Source of the DNA: Octopus sinensis
Taxonomy: Eukaryota
Length of the DNA stretch: 64,000 nucleotides
NCBI RefSeq assembly: GCF_006345805.1
Contig: NC_043011.1
Span: 64,368,464 to 64,432,463 of the forward strand
Reading direction: 5' to 3'
Positions 1 through 12,970 of the stretch are shown here, piece by piece. The position numbers and the translations under genes were made by a program. The notes below the pieces were generated by a model. The model was not told the origin of the DNA. It did not search any database and saw only the letters and a program-made list of their open reading frames with translations. The stretch's first letter is position 1. Each line of letters begins with the position of its first letter.

Positions 1-18
1 ATATATATATATATATAA

Positions 19-49
<31 letters not shown>

Positions 50-396
50 TTACACTGTATATATGTGCGTTTCTGTATATATCATTAAATGCGAGCTGGG
101 ACTATTTGGCAAAATGCTTACCGTTGTTTCATGAGGTTCTACGATCTGATTTTTAATTATGCCTTTAAAATCTCGTAGTTAAACTTTATTATGAGTATGT
201 CGGCAGTATTGCATCTTCAGAGCATGTTAACCGTTATCGGCCTCCAGCCGTCATGTGCGGTACTGCACTTTCTTTGCGGGATGTCGTAAAGAATTCCTCG
301 GTGCACCATGTTTATATTTTAAATAATTGATAGCGAAACAGAATGTAATATATTTTTTATTTAGCCCGACAATCGTGTATGCGTGCATGTATGTAC

Positions 397-434
<38 letters not shown>

Positions 435-1681
435 GTACGCGCGCGTGTGTGTACCGAGTAAAAAACGCCAAAACCATCCCTAACATATTCTCGACCACGT
501 TGCCACGGATGTTACGTATGAACAATCATCAAAGAAGTCCCGTGTTATATAACCTGGTTAGGTTTCGTCTGTGGTGTGTGTGCGTATGATTCCGTCATAT
601 CGTTTTTCACCCGTTAGGGTGACGTGATGACGAACGCCGAAAAGGTACAATCTGCCTTATTAATAATGTAAAATGTTTATGTATATTTATATGTATACGC
701 ATATATAGGTATGTGTGTGCTTTTCTCTCTGTGTATATATATATATATAAGTTCAGTAAAAATTTAGATTCAGTTGAATATGGTATTTAAGTTAAAGGCA
801 CCAGAGTTTGGTATGGCATTATCCATATAAATCAAAATGGAGTGATTATAATATCCTTATGAGGTTATTATAATATCATGTATTAATGATATTATATTAT
901 ATATTATATTAATATAAATATGTCTAGCATACACCTTGAATTTAACTCATTAATACCAATAAATTACAATTTACTAATTAACTCTATATTTATATTAATT
1001 TGATTTATATTTATATACATATGAAATTATTTCTATATTCTCCATCCCTATATTGTATAAGATACTAAAATTATTAGAATCTTTTGAAGAAAAACTATCT
1101 AAGAGATACCTATTTATTTCAAATCAAAGGTAGGGTTATGGCTGTTAAATAGTTAAATATTAGACGTTTCTATTCTCCCTACCCCATCGGCTTTAGCCTA
1201 CTAACTTTTGCTGAAATACATTCAAATGTACAAGAAGAGGTTCTTCAAAGAGAGCTTGATTTATAGCTCTGCCACTTACTTAAACTGCCTCTTCCTCTAT
1301 CTATAAAAGAATGGATTCTTGATGATGTTCTCCACTGGACTTACTAGAATAATATTAACCCCCCCCCCAATAATAATTCTAAATAATAAATGTAAATTCA
1401 GTGATAAGTAGTGTATCCATGAATAAAAATCATTTACTACCATGTTTCTGTTGATGAGACTGGTCTCTCTGTCTATCTACTTACCCTCTTTGTGAAGTTG
1501 ATAAATGGAATAAGTATAAAAATGAATCGTTTCAATTTAAATGAATTCCATATGCAGCTGAAGATTGCTCTACATTTTTAAACTGATGTAATACTTGCAT
1601 TGTTTAATTAATTTAAATCGCATGAAACGATCTTACTTTGGATATCCTTGCTTCTTATTTTGATATATATATATATATATA

Positions 1682-2260
1682 TCACCTTGATCACCTTGAC
1701 CGACCAGTCCATCGGGTGTCTATTCAAAACCGCTGGTCACAGCACGCTGTCCACTCCTCTCTGGATCGCACCTTTCTAATCCACCTGACCCCAATCGTTC
1801 TCCTGAAATCGTAACTCCACCGTCGTGGAGGCATTCCGGGTGGTCGTTTCCGCTCGCGCGGGTACCACTCGACAGCTGCGCGGGTCCACCGATTATCGGT
1901 GAGCCGGGCGATGTGTCCAGCCCACCTAAACTTGCTGCGTGTATACTCTGCGCTGACATCCCTCACGCCGGACTTCTTTCTGATGATTTCGCTACTGATG
2001 TGCTCTCTCAACAAGATACCAAGCATTGACCTTTCAATGGCTCTTTGAGCCGTTACCAGTCTCTGACCTTCTCTCTTTGTGGTAGCCCATGTTTCAATAC
2101 CATATAACATTGCAGGTAGAACTGTACTGTTGATGAGGTTGGCAGGGGTGTTCCTGTCAAACCTTCCATTGAGCACATCCCTTATGCCATTAAGCGACTT
2201 GCATCCGGCCATTACAAGGTGAGATTAAAATGTTTTCGCTTTAAGTGTATCGCGAAATCC
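1682..2260 (-). mobile_element. RTE-clade LINE, 5'-truncated 3' fragment
   Basis: ORF 1724-2212 has the post-RT motifs of RTE elements (MLYGIETW, FRWAGHIAR, WYPRERKRPPGMPPRRW); short tandem tail (TCAAGGTGA)x2 at 1682-1699 on the minus strand. Confidence 0.85.
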
Positions 2261-2732
2261 CTAGCTAGAGGTCCAACCTTCCGAATTCTTTTATAAGGCT
2301 AATAAAACATGAAAGACTGTTGCAATATAGGGATTAAGTTGAATAAAATCTTATCTAATTAATCCTCCTGAACTTTCACTTAACCTAAACTAGGTATTAT
2401 GAAGCGCCCCGACACGCGCATATTTTTGCTTGTATGTGTGTTTGTGTGTGTGTTTCCTTGTGTTTGTATATGTATATGTGTGTTTGTGAGTTGTTCGTCT
2501 CAATCTCATAAATTTCAGAAAACTTTCCGTGTTAAAGCTTTAAACGATTCATTTTACTTTGTGTCTCCTAGTAAATACCGGAAGCATTTTGAGTGTCTCG
2601 TTGAAATATCAAGTTATTGTACAGGATATTTCGGATTCGTGTATGAACGCGCCTGTCCGGTAATGTATTTCCATTCATTGGTCTCATTTGTTAAATTAGC
2701 TTTGAATAGTTCACTATATTCTATATACTACT

Positions 2733-2772
2733 ACTACTGCTACTATTAATAATAATAGTAATAATAATAATC

Positions 2773-2822
<50 letters not shown>

Positions 2823-2831
2823 TAATAATAA
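2733..2831. repeat. (CTA)/(TAA)n microsatellite
   Basis: Directly visible. Confidence 0.95.
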
Positions 2832-2854
2832 AAATAACAATGATAATATGAGTA

Positions 2855-3530
2855 TCTCAACAGGCATGATAGAGCTGCACAATAAATTCACTTGGTAATT
2901 TGCTGAAGCCTGGACTTGCCCCATGATAAAAACTGGTGGGAACACAAACCACCGCCAGTGCTTGAAAATGACCACATTTCACTGCTGTGGAACTTCACCA
3001 TTCAAACTGACAGGAAGTTAGACGCGAATAGGCCAGACATCATAGTAAAAGACTTCAGACAAAAACATGCCTCCTCATTGATATGACTGTCCCAATCGAT
3101 ATAAACGTAACTATAAAGACCTACCAGAAACTGAGCAAATATAAAGATCTGGAAATAGAAATCAGCAAAATGTGGAACCTGAAGACTAAAACAATACCTG
3201 TTGCCATAGGTGCCCTTGCAATGATAGCAAAAGGGGCTGATTGCTACCTAACTCAGTAACCAGGAAACCCAAAAATTGCAGAAATGCAAAAGATAGTGTT
3301 CATGGGAACTGCTCATATCCTACGCAACATAATTTCTTTCTAAACTCAAGTTTTAAAACAAACAATTTTTGTATGGTTTTTTAGGCATTCACTAGTACAA
3401 CACTAAGTACAAGACCAAATATATGGCACCTAGGAATAACACCAACATTTCCTTCCAGCTTGTTGTCTCTTGAGGCCTCTGAGTGAAACTTGGAGCAAGC
3501 TTGTGCAAATGTAAAGCAAAAGTCAAACAT
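2855..3530 (+). mobile_element. Dong/R4-type (REL endonuclease) LINE 3' fragment, subfamily 1
   Basis: Degenerate HDRAAQ..IH.VIC, RPDI, LLIDMTVPID, KYKDLEIEISKMW, IPVAIGAL; same 3' UTR as 49680-49900; flanked by TAA repeats. Confidence 0.85.
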
Positions 3531-3742
3531 AGAATAATAATAATAATATTTCCAACAATCATTATTTCATTGTTGTTAAGGTGGTATGGCTGCAGAACTG
3601 TAAGCATGGCGGTCAGAATACTTAACAGCATTTCGCCCGTTCTTTCCATTTCTGAGTTCAAATTGCACCAAGGTCGACTTAGCGTTTTATCCTTTTCGAT
3701 GTCGACAAATTGTGTAGCAGTCATCGTTATTGTTATTATTTT

Positions 3743-4935
3743 AATTTTTTTATTATTATTATCATATGTTTGACTTTTGCTTTATATTTGTACAAGTTGG
3801 CTCCAAGTCACACCCGGAGACCTCAAGAGACAACAGGCTGGAAGTTCACGTTGTTGTAATGCCTAGTGTGCCATATATTTGGTTGTTTTTTGTGTTGTAC
3901 TGGTGGATGTCTCAAAAAAAAAAAGAAAAATATGTTTGTTTTAAACCTTGAGATTACATATAAAGTATTTTGCGTAGGATATGAGCAGTTCCCATGAGCA
4001 CTATCTTTTGGATTTCTGCAATTTTGGGGTTTTTTGGTATCTGAGTTAGGTAGCTATCAGCCCCTTTTGCTATCATTCCCAGGGCACCTATGACAACAGG
4101 TATTGTTTTAGTCTTCATGTTCCACATTTTGCTGAATTCTATTTCAAGATATTTATATTTGCTCAGGTTTTGGTAGGTCTTGACAGATACGTTTATATCG
4201 ATTGGAACAGTCATATCAATGAGGAGGCATGTTCTTTGTCTGAAGTCTTTCAATATGCTGTCTGGCCGATTTGCATCTTTCTGTCAGTTTTAATGGTGAA
4301 GTTCCAGGGGAGTGAGATGTGGCCATTTTCAAGCACTGGAGGTGGTTTGTGTTCCCACCAGTTTTTATCATGGGGCAAATCAAGGTTTTTGCAGATTACC
4401 CAGTGTATATATTGTGCAGCTCTATCGTGGTTGTTGAGATACACTGTATGCGCTAGAAGACTGCACTTGGAGACCACATGATCAATTGTTTCATTTTGTT
4501 GCTTGCATACACGACACGTTGGACTGCTTCTGATCTTTAATATGTTGGCCTGGTAGTTTCTTGTTGGTAGGCATTGATCTTGAGCTGCTATGATAAACCC
4601 CTCTGTTTCAGATTTTAAGCCAGAGGCCATTAGCTATTAATGGATCAGGGCTTTGTCAACATCTGTATTATTCGCTCTCTTTGGGTATTTGCCGTAGAGA
4701 GGTTTTCCTTGCCATTTATCATTCAGAATATCTAAGGCCGCAGATTTAGCACGGGTTTTCATGCGTTTAGCTTTTTCTGTGCTTACTTCTTGTATGTCTA
4801 TCTCTAATTCCGAAATTTGTTGTATTCGGAATTCACTTTGATATTCCTTTGCCTGTTTTGTTACTGAGTATGTTGCTTTCTTGTTTTCATGTTTTGAGAC
4901 AAGTTTTAACATCCAGTCCTCAAAGTTTTTCAGGT
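3743..4935 (-). mobile_element. Dong/R4-type LINE 3' fragment, subfamily 1
   Basis: ORFs 3954-4253, 4250-4630 and 4637-4912 (SGLKSETEGFIIAAQDQ, CRVC..HVVSKC knuckle, IDMTVPID); near-identical to 48700-49900. Confidence 0.9.
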
Positions 4936-4937
4936 AG

Positions 4938-5738
4938 GTATTCAGTAGTTTTATTTTTATAGCGTGCTTTCACTTCACTATCGAGCGCAGCTCTGTGTGC
5001 CTTGGGTATGTGCTGTGATTTGTTGTGATGCTCTGATGGTTATTGTATAGAAAGTGTTCTGCGTAGGATGTGTGCAGTGCCTAGTAGTGCAATTTTATGT
5101 ATGTTATATGTGTTTGTAAGTCCTGGTGTTTTTGTTATGTATTTGTCTGAATATTTTTTATCATGCCTAATGCACCCACTATGATAGGAATTGTTTCTGT
5201 TTTCAGATTCCACATTCTAGTTACCTCCATTTCCACGTCTTTGTATTTTGAGAGTTTCTCCATTTCTTTTAGAGACACGTTGTCATCTGCCGGTATTGAT
5301 ACATCAATTAGAAAGCATTTTTTTTCTTCATGATCTCTGACAACTATATCTTGTCTGTTGGCCTCATTTTCTCTATCTGTGTGTATCGGCATATCCCAGA
5401 GTATGGTTGCTTTCTCGTTTTCTGTGACCTTTTCTGGTGTGTTCCTATACCATCTTTTTTCTGCTGTTATTCCATAATGTTGACATAGCTTCCAATGTAT
5501 GTAGGTTCCAACTCTGTCATGTCTGTGAATATATTCCTTCTTAGCCAGGACTGGGCAGCTAGAGATAATATGATTTATTGTTTCTTGTCCATCTCCACAT
5601 ATTCTGTAGTTACTTGTAATATTTATTTTCATTACATGTTTTTGGTAATTTCTGGTGGGGAGGCTTTGGTCTTGTGCTGCAATTAAAAATCCCTCTGTTT
5701 CTGCTTTGAGTCCTGAGCTTCTCAAGTCCTGAGCTTCT
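4938..5738 (-). mobile_element. Dong/R4-type LINE 3' fragment, subfamily 2
   Basis: ORF 5135-5725 (SGLKAETEGFLIAAQDQ, HRHDRVG, IDVSIPAD, KYKDVE); 3' end matches 55080-55180. Confidence 0.9.
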
Positions 5739-5739
5739 C

Positions 5740-5795
<56 letters not shown>

Positions 5796-5810
5796 ATTAT
5801 TATTATTATA

Positions 5811-5862
<52 letters not shown>

Positions 5863-5864
5863 TA

Positions 5865-5915
<51 letters not shown>

Positions 5916-5938
5916 TATTATTATTATTATTATTATTA

Positions 5939-6032
<94 letters not shown>

Positions 6033-6046
6033 TATTTATTTATTTA
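5739..6046. repeat. (ATT)n array
   Basis: Directly visible. Confidence 0.95.
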
Positions 6047-6175
6047 TTGTCCTTTTGCTGTATAAAGTTGCATATCCGATTACAATGTACGATGTAAGAA
6101 TATTTAAAACAATTTGCATATTTTAAATGTGATTTGGTCTTCTTTCTTCTAAATACATCAACTTCTTTTCAATAG

Positions 6176-8691
6176 GAAAAAAAAAAGAGTAATGGCCGTA
6201 CCAACCAAGCTGAGGTACGTGATACTTTTTGGCAACTATTTCCCCATCACTGCATTTTAATGCCAGATCTGCGCAGGATTTCTACGATATATTAGCATCA
6301 TACCATTTTGAAATCAATCAGATGGTTTGTAATGCAAACGCCATAACGCTACACTAACACGAAAGTAATTTTTAAAAAACCATCTTGTTAATCATTTACA
6401 ACAATGGATATATGATATGTATGTGGCGTTATGTTAATTTAGTGATGCCATGATTAACATATTCTCTATTAAATAACTCCTTTATTACTCTACTCAGAAG
6501 TTCTACTAGTGTTATTAGCGTGATAATATGATGCAGAGAGAGGCCATGCTCATTAAACTTAATAGAATACATAGGCAACACTTTATACCATTACAAGCTA
6601 TTGCAATGTGTATACCACTCTTTTATAACGATATATTTCCATAAACATAGTATGTATGTGTATTAAACGTCTTTGTAAGCCAATTATACGAATGTAAAAA
6701 TGTGCAATATTACAATGCTACTCACATAACAACTCATTCACAAACGCTATAAAATGTGATATCACATTGATATTTACCCTGGTAGCATTGTGAAGGGATA
6801 TAGAAGCAATTTCGTGAAATACTTGCTAATTTTCCCTGAATTGTGCGAAACAATTTTAATCCTGGTCTTAGAATTTGCATGCCTTGCCACATCTCAATTT
6901 CACATTTCACGTTCAAATTTCAGTAATAGTGCGTATATGAAATGCACTTAAAAGTGTAATGGTTTTCTGATTACACACATTCGTAAATAGAGTTACTTGT
7001 ATCATTTTATAAGGCTCTCTACTCTATAAATGTTTGTAATATATTTAGCTCTAAAATACGTGATAATATACATCATTTAATGCTAAAAGAATGGAAATGT
7101 ATTAGCCCAACGGCAATGCATTTATTAAGTGCCTATTGAGTTATGGACATCTGAACAGCGGCACACTGTAGGACAAAAGTATTTCTCTAATTAGAATGTT
7201 AATGTGTTAATTACTAACGAATTAATGAAGAATAAGGAGGATTGTCGAGCCAGGCGGATTTTTGCTTTTTATTTTCTTTACATGACATCAAAGATGATCC
7301 AGCATCCAACTTCACTTATATTATTTCCGTCTGCACTTTGCTATGAAGTTTATATCTTTAAGAAAAAGCTCTCCCTGTTTTCCAAAGAAAACACTATATT
7401 TGCAGGAACGTATTATAAACGTTTATTTTGAAGAAGAATTTTTTGTTAGAAGATTTCACGATATCGTAACTTCTGCACGGGAAATCAATTTCTACTTCAG
7501 GTATTCATAGTTTTCCGGCTTGTGGTGTATTGAAATATCTCTAAAGTTTATCTTCGAAATTTCCTCGTTGCGCTTCAAGCAACTCAGGACTGACTGACTT
7601 TTACCTAATTTACTCATTTCAAATTGCACTCACGTAACATCCGTCGAGTCTTCCTCATTTCGGGCATGATTAATACCTATATATTCCATTAACCACCTCG
7701 ACTGTATTTAAAGCTGTCGTTGCAAATGACTTTCCAGAATCTAATTTCATACGGTGTGATGACTGGATATACCTACATTTGTGCTATATGCGATGGATAT
7801 ACCTGTGGCTTATCAATTATTTTGAACATAACCGCCTAATAAATTCATTCACGTCAATGTGGCAAACGCTTTCACCACATACCAAGCAATGTCTTCACAC
7901 TCCCGTATTTCATCTTAATTGAAGTTCCCGAGATATTTCCGTATCGCCTTCAGAATCCCACGTTCCTTTATGTACCGACTGGCATATGAGCACCCAAGTA
8001 AGCCCATTTGCTTCGCATCACAATTGGACACCACATGATGTATATCTGCTTCTCACCCGTTTTCAGATAGAAACAGTCGGTTGATAATTTGATATTTCTC
8101 AGTTTTGAGTAATCGCGTTTAGAAATGTTCTCCGTGTATTAGAAATCCCTACGTGTATTAAGTTTGAATAAGCAAGATACTTTCTTCTTGGTTTAATATC
8201 TTCGACGCTTGTTCTGTTGCCCTTTCATCATGATATAACTGCTAAGTCGTTGGGGTTTTTATTGTTTGTAAGACTGTCCTCTTAAAAATGTATGCTACTC
8301 TGATTCAAAATGGTACAAGATTATTTCAACCTTCAGTAAAGAAGTATGTAGAATTTTCGTGAAGTGAAGAAATTTGATTAAGTCCGCATATATTGCCTGT
8401 GGTATTTGTAGAGTAAACATAATGCTAGAACATTTTTTTTATATCTTAAGTAGAATCCGCAGACTCAAGACGTCTCATAGTTCCGACGTCTTCTCGTAGA
8501 AAAAACAAAAAAAGAACTTACCCCAATGTAATGGATAATAAGACATATCTTGTAAAATGATAAATGCGCATTTTAATCTAATGGACACAACATCTTTTAA
8601 ATGATTATATTTTTATTCTCTTTACAGACCGGATGCCTGTCAATATCAATTACTACATATCTACTTTCATTGGCAAAAGTTATATGAATAA
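6176..8691 (+). other. Possible chain of three exons (6176-6214, 7406-7500, 8628-8691), product unknown
   Basis: Pyrimidine-rich AG acceptors, donors GAG|GTACGT and CAG|GTATTC; phases join into one open frame ending in TAA; no recognisable homology. Confidence 0.25.
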
Positions 8692-8859
8692 ATTTGGAGA
8701 TGTGATTAATAAGAGCATTCGGTGATGTTTTTATCGTTATTGAACTACGATCTCGATGTTAGCAACCGTTGTTATGTCTTTGCCGAGATATTATTGGTTT
8801 GCGGTTTTTATGCAGGGCAAGCGATTCCATGGCAGTCGGAATATCTATTAGATTGACCC

Positions 8860-9286
8860 CAGGGTTCAAAGAAGAAACAAGGAAGCAGACAAAGAATGAA
8901 AGATTACAAGAGAAAGACTTAAAGGAAAAGAAAGAACGAATAAAAATAAAGGAAGACAGAAAGAAAGAATGAAAGACGGGAAGAAAGAGAGAAAGAAGGG
9001 ACGAAATAAATAAAATAAAGAAAGAAGGATAGAAAAGATGTGTAACGAACAGGTGAAATATACGAATAAATGACGGAGGAAGGAAGGAAGGAAGGAATGC
9101 ATGAAGGAATAAATGAAGGAAGGAAGTGGGGAAGAAAGAACGGATGGATGGATGGTTGCAGTGTAAGAGGAGAGAAAAATGAACGAGGAGCGTAAAAGAG
9201 AGTAAAAGACAGACAAAGAGAAAGTGAGAAGGAGAGATGGGGAGAGAGAAAAGGAGAGATTGTGCGTGAGCATGTGAGAGGGGGAG

Positions 9287-9317
<31 letters not shown>

Positions 9318-9545
9318 TACAGAAAGTGAAGAGAAAAAAGACAGGAAAACAAGGATAAACTGATAAATCCATATACACGGAAATAGGGAGACATACGAGT
9401 CAATATTGATAGAGATAGATAGATAGATAGATAGACAGGCAGATAAATAGATAGATAGATAGATAGAGAGATAATAGATAGATAGATAGACAGGCAGATA
9501 AATAGATAGATAGATAGAGAGATAGATAGATAGATAGATAGATAA
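8860..9545. repeat. Polypurine low-complexity tract followed by (GATA)n
   Basis: Directly visible (GGAA, GA and GATA units). Confidence 0.9.
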
Positions 9546-9547
9546 GT

Positions 9548-9657
9548 TTCTTTATTGGCCAAACAGGGCTGCACACAGATGGGCAAGTTACAAGGTAGAG
9601 CTTTTCTTTTGGGGGATGAAGAGAACGAAAAACAAAAGAAAAAAGGGGGTGGCGTAG
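9548..9657 (-). mobile_element. ~110-bp copy of the 3' end of the Tx1/L1 element
   Basis: Near-identical to 9816-9930; embedded in GATA repeats. Confidence 0.8.
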
Positions 9658-9815
9658 ATAGATAGATAGATAGATAGATAAGTAGATAGATAGATTGATA
9701 GATATATAGATAAATAGATAGATAGATAGAGAGATAGATAGATAGATAGATGGATAGCTAGATAGATAGATAGATAGATAGACATATAGATAGATTGATA
9801 GATAAGTAGATAAGT

Positions 9816-12213
9816 TTCTTTATTGGCCACACAGGGCTGCACACAGATGGGACAAGTTACAAGGTAGAGCTTTTCTTTTGGGGGATGAAAAAAACAAAAA
9901 AACAAAAGAAACAAAAAAAGGGGTGGCGTAGGTTTTCGATCAAGAGGGATCGTAAAAGGGAAGAAGAGAACAAAAAATAAAATAAAAAATAAAAAAAAGA
10001 AAAATAAAAAAAAGAAGAAAAGCAAAAGGAACAAAAGAAAAGAGAAATGAAAAAGAAGAAAAAATGGGAAAAAAGGGGAAGAGAAGAAAAAACGATCAAT
10101 ATGGATCGTGTATCACAGTGTTATGATATATGGTGTAAAGGGGAAAGCAAGTAAGGTTTATCCGTGGGAAGAAAAGCCTACGAAAAAGACCACGGTAACC
10201 TTGGTCAATATTGTTATATGTTACCACATTTGTTTGCAAGTGGGTAACCCTCTGTTTTCAATTTCTGGGTTCATAGGATTATGCTCAAGGTGGCTTCGTC
10301 ATTCATACGTGCCATCCTTGCTACATTCACCCATCTTTTTTTAAAACATTCGCTAGACAAAACTTGCCTCTCTACTCTCACTTTCCTTTTCAAGTGGTAC
10401 TTGAAGAAGTTGAAGAGAGATTGACCAGAGAGGAAAGTGTTTGTCTCCAATCCTTTCAGACGCGTCCACCAGATACATTCTTTCGCCATAGCCACAAGGA
10501 TGATGAAAATAGCTCTACCTTCCCGTTTGAAGGAAGGAGGCGTGACAATATTGACGATAGACTCAGGTGATAAACCGACTCGTCCCACACGTGACAGCAG
10601 TTGTTCGACATAAGCCCACAGGTCGGAAATTGTTGGACACTGCACGAGTGCGTGCAGAACGGTTTCGTCGCTCTGACCGCATCTCGAGCAGGTCGGGCCC
10701 GTGTTTCTCGAGCCGTGTCTGTAGAGCTTATCCCGAACGGGTAGCGCTTCTCGGTAGCACTGCCAGACCAGGGATCTCTGGAAGTTGTCCATGGGCCCTG
10801 GCCCGAAAGTCGTCCCGAACAGGCGGGTCAGGTACTCCTCGTCGACGTCCAGGTTCGCCCCGAGCTCGTCGTTGTACCTCCCCTCCACTAATCCCCTTTA
10901 GAATGCTCTGGTTGTGATGAAGTCACTCAAGGTCGACCCAGGACGGTAGAGTTGCTTGAGAGCATCGCGACACTCGCGGTGCCATTCGCCCTTCCTCGGC
11001 CTCTTTTTGATCCACGACTGCAGTTCGGTCATGGAGACGAGCTGCGGGAAAGCGTGCCTCACAAACGGCGACCACACCTGTTTACCGTCGTCTACGAAGA
11101 GCCTGAGATGTCGCAGTCTCAGCGCGTGTCTGCGCATCATCAACCACGGCATGCCCAGTCCTCCTTTTAACAGGTGTTGACAGCAAATGGATCGCCTGAC
11201 CATCGGGACGCATCCTTTCCACAAGAAGCGAAAGAGAATGCGTTCTAGTTTGGTGATGGTAGGGTCGGGACAAAGCACGACGGTCAGGCGGTAGTAGATG
11301 ACGGACGCGATGTACGTGTTCGCCACCTCCGCCCGACCTTTTAGGGACAGTTTCCTCTCGGCCCATTGCCGGGCGAGAGTGACCACCCTACTCGTTACCT
11401 CGTTCCAGTTCTTCTCCACTTGGAGTTCCAGGCCAAACCAGACCCCGAGCAACTCAACCGGGCCGTCGGTCCAGCGTCGCACGACGTAGGCGCTGGTGGA
11501 CGGCATGGGCTTGCTTCTCCAGGTGCCTAGTCGCAAGACCAGACTTTTCCCGGTTGATTTTCGCTCCTGTCACCGCTTCGTAGTTTTTCAGTGTCTCACC
11601 GACCTGCTCGATGTGCTCGTGGCTAGACGCTATGACGGTGACGTCGTCCGCGTATGCAGACACGCTTGTCCCGCATCCCAGTTCTCGCGGGATTCCCCTC
11701 AAAGTTCCGCAATAATAGCTCGAGAGTCAATACGTATAGAAGCGACGAGAGGGGGCATCCCTGACGGACCGAACATGCGATGTCGAAGGGTCTCGAAAGA
11801 TGTCCATTTACGCGAATTACCGAACGGATGCCTCTGTACAAAGCGGCTATCCAGCCGCGGAAGACGGGACCGAAGCCAGACGCTCTGAGGACTGCCTCCA
11901 ATTATCGATGGTCCACCCAATCGAAAACTTTCGATTGATCTAAATTGATCTGCGCCCCACCCATGTCAGGTTCGTTAATTACCCTGTCTATGATGTAGCG
12001 CATCAGGTGGAGGTTGTCATGGATGGTCCGGCCCGGCACGGCGCATGTTTGCGCCTTGTCGACTAGTTTCTCGATGTCAAGCGCCAACCTCTTGGCTAGC
12101 ACCTTGGCCAAAATTTTCAAGTCTGCATTAAGCAGTGATGGGCCTAAAGTTATCTGTTACATTTCCCTTGTTTAGACCTTTCTTCAGCAGTGTTACGGCT
12201 CCTCGGCTCATAG
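9816..12213 (-). mobile_element. L1/Tx1-clade LINE, 5'-truncated within RT, frameshifted
   Basis: ORFs contain KILAKVLAKRL, SVRQGCPLS, SAYADDVT and a C-terminal CSRCGQSDETVLHALVQC zinc motif; minus-strand AATAAA at the 3' end; GC-rich against an AT background. Confidence 0.9.
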
Positions 12214-12224
12214 GTAAGTAGATA

Positions 12225-12254
12225 GAAAGATAAGTAGATAGATAGATAGATAAG

Positions 12255-12353
<99 letters not shown>

Positions 12354-12362
12354 GTAGATAGA
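12225..12362. repeat. (GATA)n array
   Basis: Directly visible. Confidence 0.95.
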
Positions 12363-12565
12363 TATGAAATTGCAGACGTTTATATTAATGGAAAGAGTGA
12401 CAGCTTCGTGTAATTAATTAATCAATTACCGGCTCAGTTGATAATCAAGAGAGCTGTGTGTAGTTGATTTTGTGTGAAATTTGCAGATAGATACAGACGG
12501 AAGCCTTGCTGCCTCCAGTTTCGAATCATATATATATCTGTTTGATACTAATTCCCTCTGAAAAT

Positions 12566-12685
12566 GTATAAATACGTGAAGCAAAATGCACTTTGCCTGA
12601 AAACCTGCGAAGTAAATACGTCTCATTTTACTTGAAATGAAAACAAAAGCTATCTGAGACAGAAAAAAATTCTATGCATATATCG
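12566..12685 (+). promoter_or_regulatory. Candidate TATA box and non-coding first exon of gene A
   Basis: GTATAAATA near 12566 followed by a strong donor TCG|GTAAGT at 12686; the link to gene A is inference. Confidence 0.25.
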
Positions 12686-12799
12686 GTAAGTGAATCTTCG
12701 ATAAATGGAAACACGCGTAAACCAGATCAAAATTTCAGATTTGGGAAACATTTAGTGACCTTGTTTGACAACATGTGATCCAGTATTATTCTTAAGAAA

Positions 12800-12970
12800 A
12801 TGGAATGCTTAGCGCTATTTCATTTGTCACTACGTTCTGAGTTCAAATTCCACCGAGGTCGCATTGCCTTTCATCCTCTCGGGGTTCAAATAATTAAGTA
12901 CTAGTTGCGTATTGGGATCTATCTGGCCCCGCTTCCCTAAAACTCTCGGGCCTTGTGCCTTGAGTAGAAA
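12800..12970 (+). mobile_element. tRNA-derived SINE
   Basis: B-box-like GAGTTCAAATTCC; reverse-complement copies at 28735-28880 and 61005-61160. Confidence 0.7.

Noticed and set aside
1000-1500. Possible degraded coding sequence
   Set aside because: No frame stays open and no motif recognised.
7500-8350. Coding-like stretch with hints of hAT transposase or C2H2 motifs (CGKRF)
   Set aside because: Multiple stops in every frame; no motif convincing enough to assign.
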